64,000 nt of DNA from an uncultured Christensenella sp. (GTDB lineage Bacteria; Bacillota; Clostridia; Christensenellales; UBA3700): NCBI GenBank assembly GCA_949290515.1, contig CASERZ010000002.1:75221-139220 (forward strand), in the 5' to 3' direction. Each line of letters opens with the position of its first letter. The first letter of the stretch is position 1. Below are positions 57,635 through 64,000 of the stretch, piece by piece. The translations under genes and the position numbers were made by a program. The notes beneath the pieces are model-generated. The model had not been told where the DNA came from. It saw nothing but the letters and a program-made list of their open reading frames with translations, and ran no database searches.

Positions 57635-58861
57635 ATGAGAAGAATTTTGCACTGCGACGCCAACAATTTTTATGCGTCGGTAGAATGTATGTTGGATACG
57701 TCCTTAAAGGACAAGTACGTAGCCGTATCGGGCAATCCCGACAAGCGGCACGGCATTATTCTTGCCAAAAATCAAAAGGCAAAGGCAATGGGCGTGAAGA
57801 CAGGAGAAACTATTTGGGAGGCAAAAAAGAAGTGTCCCGAGCTTGTGCTTGTGCCCCCGCAATACGACGAATACGTAAGAATTTCAAACAAAATTTTCGA
57901 TATGTACTGCCAATACACCGACCGCGTAGAGCCTTTCGGCATCGACGAATGCTGGCTGGACGTCACACACTCGACAAAACTCTTCAAGAGTGCGGAAAAC
58001 ATAGCTGAAGAGCTTAGAGAGCGCGTAAAAAAAGAAATAGGCATAACAATATCCGTAGGCGTATCTTTTAATAAAATTTTCGCAAAACTCGGCTCGGATA
58101 TGAAAAAACCCGACGCCGTAACGGTCATAGACGAAGACAACTACAAGCAAAAAGTATGGCCGCTGGACGTGGGCGACCTGCTAATGATAGGAAGACACAC
58201 GCAAGAAAAATTGAGAAAGATAGGCATAAACACCATAGGCGATTTGGCAAACGCGCCGCTGAAAATCCTTACCGATAAATTCGGCATAGTCGGAGAAAAG
58301 ATTAAACAAAACGCTATGGGACAAAACGACGAGCCTGTAAGACTTTATTACGAACGCCCCGTCCCCAAAAGCATAGGCAATTCGACCACGCTCCCCAAAG
58401 ACGTATCAAAACGAGAAGAGGCTCAAGCCGTAATTATGGCTCTGAGCGAAATGGTAGCCATAAGATTGAGAAGACACTCTTTTGTCGCAAGCGGACTGCA
58501 TTTAGGCATAAAATACAACGATTTGACCTACTTCGGTAAACAGATTAAGCTGCCCGAAAAAATCAATTCTGCGGGCAAATTATGCGACTACGCAATGCGT
58601 ATCTATGACGAAGTACCCAAAAGACTTCCTATAAGAGCTTTTTCGGTCTCGACTTTCGACTTATCGGACGGCGAGGAAAACGTGCAACTCTCACTTCTCG
58701 ACGATATTGAAAAGACGGAAAAGCTTCAACGACTTGACAAGTCGCTCGACGATATACGCAAAAAATACGGCTACGGCGCTTTAAAGTCGGCAGCAGTGCT
58801 TGAATTTCCGCATATCACGGACGATTTGGAAGACAGCGATTTCAAGCCTTTTAAAAAATAA
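57635..58861 (+). CDS. dinB: DNA polymerase IV (Y-family)
   Basis: 408 aa from ATG 57635 (MRRILHCDANNFYASVE) with SIDECWLD-type (GIDECWLDVT) and KIFAKLGSDMKKP motifs. Confidence 0.93.
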   Translation: MRRILHCDANNFYASVECMLDTSLKDKYVAVSGNPDKRHGIILAKNQKAKAMGVKTGETIWEAKKKCPELVLVPPQYDEYVRISNKIFDMYCQYTDRVEPFGIDECWLDVTHSTKLFKSAENIAEELRERVKKEIGITISVGVSFNKIFAKLGSDMKKPDAVTVIDEDNYKQKVWPLDVGDLLMIGRHTQEKLRKIGINTIGDLANAPLKILTDKFGIVGEKIKQNAMGQNDEPVRLYYERPVPKSIGNSTTLPKDVSKREEAQAVIMALSEMVAIRLRRHSFVASGLHLGIKYNDLTYFGKQIKLPEKINSAGKLCDYAMRIYDEVPKRLPIRAFSVSTFDLSDGEENVQLSLLDDIEKTEKLQRLDKSLDDIRKKYGYGALKSAAVLEFPHITDDLEDSDFKPFKK

Positions 58862-58948
58862 AACCGCTCAGCGATAGCACTAGGTGCAAACTGACCGATA
58901 AATTAATTTCGCCTTCTGAGTTTTAATTCTCGGAGACGATTTAAATTC

Positions 58949-59488
58949 TCAATTTACGTATACGGACGGTACTGCCAAGTCATTGTCGTCGAAAAGGCTG
59001 AAAAACGCAGTTCTGAATTCGTCTACGGCACTTTTAGATGTTTTATAATACTGCGAACCTACATTTATAATATACTCATCGCCGTCATCTTCTATAAATT
59101 CGATTTTTACATAATCAAGAGTACCGCTCGAATAATTCATAATACACAGAGCACTTCTCGAGCCACCCGTTTTAAAAGGCATTTTGTAGTAATTGCAGGT
59201 CACAAACGTGCTTTCCGATATAAATTTCTCAAAAGCTTGAGCACCCTCGGCAACTCTCTGGTCATCGCCGCAGATGCGCCATATCTTGTCTCCGTAGGGG
59301 CTGCCTCCGTCGTTGATTTGAGCATTTATCATACCTATTTCACTAACCTTTCTTGCCTCAAAATTGCTGTTTTCAAAAGGTCTTGCCTCTTTAGAGCAAC
59401 CGCCTAAAGCAGATACAATAAATAACACGCAGATTATTAGCGCAACAACTGCTATATGTCGTTTTTCGTTTTTTACAGTTTTTTCCAT
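58949..59488 (-). CDS. Hypothetical lipoprotein
   Basis: 179 aa from ATG 59488 with GGAGG upstream. It has a signal peptide and the lipobox SALGGC. Confidence 0.7.
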   Translation of the reverse strand: MEKTVKNEKRHIAVVALIICVLFIVSALGGCSKEARPFENSNFEARKVSEIGMINAQINDGGSPYGDKIWRICGDDQRVAEGAQAFEKFISESTFVTCNYYKMPFKTGGSRSALCIMNYSSGTLDYVKIEFIEDDGDEYIINVGSQYYKTSKSAVDEFRTAFFSLFDDNDLAVPSVYVN

Positions 59489-59714
59489 AATAAGCCTCCT
59501 GTTTACGCACTTTGCCATTGCCTTTTAAAGAAACAGCCTTAGCCTCGAGGTTACGATAATACAGCTTGTTGCCAATATCAATTATGATTATATTACTCAA
59601 GATAACTTCTGTCAATACTCGTATTTTTCAAAACGACGGAGACGGTACGATTGTCGACCTTCACTTTATTCTTTAATGTATCTTATATGTAAATAAAGCG
59701 CTATCGTATATATA

Positions 59715-59747
59715 AAAATACCTGCCCGAAAGGACAGGTATTTTTTT
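59715..59747 (-). terminator. ppdK terminator (bidirectional hairpin)
   Basis: AAAAA-TACCTG-CCCGAAAGGA-CAGGTA-TTTTTTT. Confidence 0.65.
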
Positions 59748-59782
59748 GATTATATTATTGCTTGGACTAAACTAGCGGTATA

Positions 59783-62446
59783 TTAGTCTTCCTCGAGATA
59801 TCTCGTCTCAGCGGGAGCGGGCTTGATTCTGGGATTGATGATGTTAGCCTGAGCAGCCGCAAGTCTTGCGATAGGTACTCTGAAAGGAGAGCAAGATACG
59901 TAAGTGAGACCTACGTTGTGGCAGAATTCGATAGTCGAAGGGTCGCCGCCTTGCTCGCCACAGATACCGAGTTTGATGTCGGGTCTGGTGGACTTACCGC
60001 CTTCGATAGCAATCTTCATAAGCTTGCCTACGCCTACCTGGTCGAGTCTTGCGAAGGGGTCGGATTCGAAAATCTTCTTCATATAGTATTCGTCAAGGAA
60101 CTTGCCTGCGTCGTCTCTGGAGAAACCGAAAGTCATCTGAGTGAGGTCGTTGGTACCGAAGGAGAAGAATTCAGCCTCTTTAGCGATTTCGTCAGCAGTC
60201 AAAGCAGCTCTGGGGATTTCAATCATAGTACCGATATGATATTCCATCGTGGTATTGTTGGCCTTGAGAATCTTCTCAGCAGTCTCTACAACTACACTCT
60301 TGACATACTTCAATTCCTTTACGTCGCCTACGAGAGGTATCATAATTTCGGGAATAACGTTGAAACCTTTCTCTCTTACAGTCAAAGCAGCCTCAATGAC
60401 AGCCTGCGTCTGCATTTCTGCGATTTCGGGATAGGTAACCGCAAGACGGCAACCTCTGTGACCCATCATAGGGTTAAACTCGTGCAAGCCTTCTACGGTC
60501 GCCTTAAGCTCTTTGAAAGTCAAGCCCATAGTCTTTGCAAGCTCTTTGATTTCCTCGTCCTTGTGAGGTACGAACTCGTGGAGAGGAGGGTCGAGGAAAC
60601 GGATAGTAACGGGTCTGTCGCCCATTGCTTCGTAAAGACCGATAAAGTCTTCTCTCTGCATAGGCAAAATCTTAGCGAGAGCTTTCTTTCTCTCTTCAAC
60701 CGTCTTGGAAACTATCATTTCTCTAACGGCAGGAATTCTGTCCTCAGCAAAGAACATATGCTCTGTACGGCAAAGACCTATACCCTCTGCACCGAACTTA
60801 ACTGCGGTAGCAGCGTCGTTGGGGGTGTCGGCATTGGTTCTTACCTTGAGTGCGCGATACTTGTCTGCCCATTCCATTATCGTAGCGAAGTCGCCGCTTA
60901 CGCTTGCGTTTTCGCTTGCGATTTGCTCGCCGTATACGTTACCCGTAGAGCCGTCGAGCGAGAGATAATCCTGGTCAGTGTATTCCTTGCCGTCAATATA
61001 GATAACTCTCTTTTCTTCGTCAATTCTTACAGCTCCGCAACCTGCTACGCAGCAAGCACCCATACCGCGGGCAACAACAGCTGCGTGAGAAGTCATACCG
61101 CCTCTTACGGTCAATACGCCTTGAGCTGCGTACATACCTTCGATATCCTCAGGGGAAGTCTCGAGTCTTACGAGAACAACCTTTTCGCCGTTTTTAGCTC
61201 TCTCTACAGCTTCTTCGGCAGTAAAGCTAATCTTACCGCAAGCTGCACCGGGAGATGCGGGCAAGCCCTTTGCGATAACCTTTGCTTTCTTCAAAGCCTT
61301 GGGTTCGAACTGAGGGTGGAGCAAAGAGTCGAGCTGCTTGGGCTCAATCTTAAGCAAAGCTTCTTTCTCTGTAATCATACCTTCTTTAACGAGGTCGCAA
61401 GCAATCTTGATAGCTGCGCGAGCGGTACGCTTACCGTTTCTCGTCTGAAGCATATAAAGTCTGCCCTCTTCGATGGTAAACTCCATATCCTGCATATCCT
61501 TGTTTGCCTTTTCGAGTCTGTTTGCGATTTCTACGAACTGGTCGTATACTGCCTTGTTGGTCTTAGCAAGCTGGTCGATAGTCTGAGGAGTACGGATACC
61601 TGCAACTACGTCCTCGCCCTGAGCGTTCATTAGATACTCGCCGTAGAGTCTCTTTTCACCCGTCGAAGGGTCTCTGGTGAAAGCAACGCCCGTACCGGAA
61701 GTGTCGCCCATATTACCGAATACCATTGACTGTACGTTTACAGCCGTACCCCAGCTTCCGGGAATATCGTTCATACGACGGTATACGATAGCACGGGGGT
61801 TGTTCCAGCTTCTGAAAACTGCCTTAACGGCTTCGATAAGCTGAACCTTGGGGTCCTGAGGGAATTCGCTTCCCTGGTCCTTGAAGTATACTTCCTTGAA
61901 GAGTTTGATAAGCTCCTGCAAATCCTCTGCGGTAAGCTCGGTATCGGACTTGATACCTTTCTCTTCCTTTACTTTGTCGATGATTTTTTCAAATTCGCTC
62001 TTGGGAGTACCCATAACTACGTCAGAGAACATCTGAATAAATCTTCTGTAGCAGTCATAAGCAAATCTGGGATTGCCGGTCTTCTTAGCGAGACCTTTTA
62101 CGGATACGTCGTTGAGACCGAGGTTGAGGATAGTATCCATCATACCGGGCATAGACGCTCTTGCACCCGAACGTACGGATACGAGGAAGGGATTCTGCTC
62201 GTCGCCGAATTTCTTACCTGCATCAGCCTCTACTTTTGCGAGTGCGTCGAAGATTTCCGCTACGATATCGTCGGAGATTTTTTCGCCGTCGTCGTAGTAC
62301 TTCGTACAAGCCTCGGTGGTGATAGTGAAACCTTGAGGTACGGGCATACCCCACGAGGTCATCTTGGCAAGGTTTGCTCCCTTACCGCCGAACAAATCTT
62401 TTCTGTCGCCGTCAGCTTCTTTGAAAAGATATACATACTTTGTCAT
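59783..62446 (-). CDS. ppdK: Pyruvate, phosphate dikinase
   Basis: 887 aa from ATG 62446 (MTKYVYLF) with AAGGAGG upstream. It has an ATP-grasp N domain, a phosphohistidine region (GGMTSHAAVVARG) and a PEP-utilising C domain (GICGE). Confidence 0.97.
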   Translation of the reverse strand: MTKYVYLFKEADGDRKDLFGGKGANLAKMTSWGMPVPQGFTITTEACTKYYDDGEKISDDIVAEIFDALAKVEADAGKKFGDEQNPFLVSVRSGARASMPGMMDTILNLGLNDVSVKGLAKKTGNPRFAYDCYRRFIQMFSDVVMGTPKSEFEKIIDKVKEEKGIKSDTELTAEDLQELIKLFKEVYFKDQGSEFPQDPKVQLIEAVKAVFRSWNNPRAIVYRRMNDIPGSWGTAVNVQSMVFGNMGDTSGTGVAFTRDPSTGEKRLYGEYLMNAQGEDVVAGIRTPQTIDQLAKTNKAVYDQFVEIANRLEKANKDMQDMEFTIEEGRLYMLQTRNGKRTARAAIKIACDLVKEGMITEKEALLKIEPKQLDSLLHPQFEPKALKKAKVIAKGLPASPGAACGKISFTAEEAVERAKNGEKVVLVRLETSPEDIEGMYAAQGVLTVRGGMTSHAAVVARGMGACCVAGCGAVRIDEEKRVIYIDGKEYTDQDYLSLDGSTGNVYGEQIASENASVSGDFATIMEWADKYRALKVRTNADTPNDAATAVKFGAEGIGLCRTEHMFFAEDRIPAVREMIVSKTVEERKKALAKILPMQREDFIGLYEAMGDRPVTIRFLDPPLHEFVPHKDEEIKELAKTMGLTFKELKATVEGLHEFNPMMGHRGCRLAVTYPEIAEMQTQAVIEAALTVREKGFNVIPEIMIPLVGDVKELKYVKSVVVETAEKILKANNTTMEYHIGTMIEIPRAALTADEIAKEAEFFSFGTNDLTQMTFGFSRDDAGKFLDEYYMKKIFESDPFARLDQVGVGKLMKIAIEGGKSTRPDIKLGICGEQGGDPSTIEFCHNVGLTYVSCSPFRVPIARLAAAQANIINPRIKPAPAETRYLEED

Positions 62447-62694
62447 ACACATCCTCCTTTTTTGACAAAACAAATTAATTCACTTAAAAACAAACAATAT
62501 TGTTAACTGTGGATATTTTACAATAAATAAACATAAATTTCAACTATATGAGAGTACAATATCAATAAAAATATGTAAAACTTTAAAAATACGCGTAAAA
62601 AAACGCTTTTAAAAATTATTCTTCTTTTTGCTCAAAAATATGGCTGTAAAAAAACTTGCTAAAATATGCACAAAACGGATATTTTTTAATTGAA

Positions 62695-63249
62695 TTACAT
62701 ATCCGCATTTACGGTATCGAGCTTTATGAGTTGCAAAAGCGAATTGATTTTTACGCCGTGCGTATGCAGAAAATAATTGTAAAAGTCTCTGAAAGTAATA
62801 GCTTTTACTTCGTATCCGAGCGCAGCAGTCATTTCTTTGAGATATTCGAAAAGGCAAACTTTAGGATAATCCGCTTTATAGCACAGCTCATTCAGACATT
62901 CTAGCATAGCGACGAAAAGACGGTGATTGTATTCTCCTTCCAACGTCATCTTATCCACGACCTCGAGCACTACGGACGCGCAATAATATTTCACAGTATC
63001 TGTCGCGAGATTGAAAAAGTTGTCAATACAGTCGCACCCCGTCAGAACGTATCTGTTTTTATTGGCAAGATAATACTTGCCGAAGCACAGAGGCGTAACT
63101 GCATACTTAAGCTTGGATTTCGCGCTCTTGCAACCTTTTGCGCAAACACCTACTTTACCGTGTTCCGCCAGGTACAAGGTAATTATTTTGTCGTTTTCTT
63201 TGTAATCGGTGCTTCTAAGGCAAACGCCCTCGTCAACAAGGAGTTCCAC
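62695..63249 (-). CDS. recO: DNA repair protein RecO (short form)
   Basis: 184 aa with a GTG start and AAGGAG upstream. The N-terminal OB-fold is RecO-like (GVCLRSTDYKENDKIITLYLAEHGKVGVCAKGCKSAKSKL). It shows era-yqzL-recO synteny. No CxxC...CxxC zinc module. Confidence 0.75.
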   Translation of the reverse strand: MELLVDEGVCLRSTDYKENDKIITLYLAEHGKVGVCAKGCKSAKSKLKYAVTPLCFGKYYLANKNRYVLTGCDCIDNFFNLATDTVKYYCASVVLEVVDKMTLEGEYNHRLFVAMLECLNELCYKADYPKVCLFEYLKEMTAALGYEVKAITFRDFYNYFLHTHGVKINSLLQLIKLDTVNADM

Positions 63250-63259
63250 ACTCTCTCCT

Positions 63260-63361
63260 TTATCTCTTGCGCTCCTCCTCCTGAAGGTCGTGCAACATAA
63301 TATAGTACTTTATATCTCCCGTCCTGCCGAACAATTGCCACAAAGTGTCTTTCAAGTCCAT
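63260..63361 (-). CDS. YqzL-like small protein (33 aa)
   Basis: Not in the ORF track. Translation: MDLKDTLWQLFGRTGDIKYYIMLHDLQEEERKR. GGAGG lies 5 nt upstream. Its position between era and recO matches B. subtilis yqzL, and the W..F..TG.I..Y pattern is present. Confidence 0.6.
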   Translation of the reverse strand: MDLKDTLWQLFGRTGDIKYYIMLHDLQEEERKR

Positions 63362-63461
63362 ATACGCCTCCCGAAAATTATGTACCGAAAAAAAACAGAG
63401 GCGCAACGCAAACCGCCGACAAGCGGAATATTATTTATTTTATTTAAATTCAAGACTTCTA

Positions 63462-64000
63462 TCAGTCTTTAAGGTCTTTTATATTGTATCCCAATTGGTT
63501 GAGAAGAAAATCGCTCTCTCTCCAGTCTTCCTTTACTCTCACGTAGAGATTGAGGAATACCTGCGTATCGACGAGTTTTTCTATATCCTGTCTGGATTGC
63601 GTGGATATCTTCTTTATCATAGCACCGCCTTTGCCTATGACCATAGCTTTGTGCGACTGCTTTTCGCATACGATATCCGCATCTATCTCGATAATACCGT
63701 CTTCTCTGCATACGAATTTATTGACCGCGACTCCTATGCCGTATGGAATTTCCTTGTCGAGATTGCGAAGGGCTTTTTCTCTGACGATTTCGCTTACCAT
63801 AAATCTTACTGATTTATCGGTGTACATATCTTCGTCGAAGTATCTCTCTCCTTCGGGAAGAAGCTCGAGAAGTCTTTGGGTCAACATATCAACGTTTTTG
63901 CCCGTCAATGCGCTTACGGGAATTATGCTGTCAACGCCTTGAATATCCTTGAATTCGTTTATTCTGCCGACGATTGCTTCTCTCTCCACTTCGTCGCATT
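63462..64000 (-). CDS. era: GTPase Era (C-terminal part; gene continues beyond the window)
   Basis: It has a KH domain and the Era C-terminal pattern (REKALRNLDKEIPYGIGV...IIGKGGAMIKKIS...VKEDWRESDFLLNQLGY). The N-terminal G-domain lies outside the window. Confidence 0.9.
   Translation of the reverse strand, partial: CDEVEREAIVGRINEFKDIQGVDSIIPVSALTGKNVDMLTQRLLELLPEGERYFDEDMYTDKSVRFMVSEIVREKALRNLDKEIPYGIGVAVNKFVCREDGIIEIDADIVCEKQSHKAMVIGKGGAMIKKISTQSRQDIEKLVDTQVFLNLYVRVKEDWRESDFLLNQLGYNIKDLKD

Overview
This is a chromosomal, mostly housekeeping window from a Firmicutes/Clostridia-type genome. Supporting signs are GGAGG-type Shine-Dalgarno sites, CIRCE/HrcA, CtsR-McsA-McsB-ClpC, HPr kinase and a lysine riboswitch. 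Most genes lie on the minus strand. In order, the window holds: a marR-like regulator, a lipoprotein, a methyltransferase, tRNA-Thr(CGU) followed by a 193-bp tandem repeat, and asnS. Next come an orphan promoter-to-terminator structured RNA, three unknown membrane proteins, a HAD hydrolase, valS, a pgsA-like gene, a NitT/TauT-type ABC transporter and a YkvI-like membrane protein. Then: an orphan 593-aa protein translationally coupled to hslO, a methyltransferase, a membrane protein, and lysine riboswitch-asd-dapA-dapB. Then: dnaG-sigA-(trmK::nif3 fusion)-zinc ribbon, a dGTPase-like gene, a CDF transporter, and an HPr-like plus DUF4364-like pair. Then: an O-antigen-ligase-like gene, hprK-Cof hydrolase, a ~750-bp nested-repeat non-coding region, uvrC, and arsR with a divergent Cys/Asn-rich miniprotein. 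Then: hrcA-grpE-dnaK-dnaJ with CIRCE, a 1035-aa surface protein, hpf, and ctsR-mcsA-mcsB-clpC with a CtsR box. The window ends with a ~1-kb non-coding spacer, galU, dinB, a lipoprotein, ppdK and era-yqzL-recO. I saw no rRNA, CRISPR array, transposase/integrase or recognisable defence or toxin-antitoxin system, and I cannot point to a convincing new multi-gene system. The items most worth a second look are mostly non-coding or small. They are the orphan structured RNA (4989-5176), the tRNA-linked 193-bp terminator-bearing repeat, the nested A/B repeat region with a hairpin-forming 201-nt insertion (38141-38867), and the arsR-linked Cys/Asn-rich membrane miniprotein. Also notable are three genes (dgt-like, uvrC, dinB) whose -10 box sits exactly 6 nt before the ATG with no SD (leaderless geometry), and palindromes flanking the ctsR promoter. 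All calls come from reading the sequence and the ORF translations. No database search was run.
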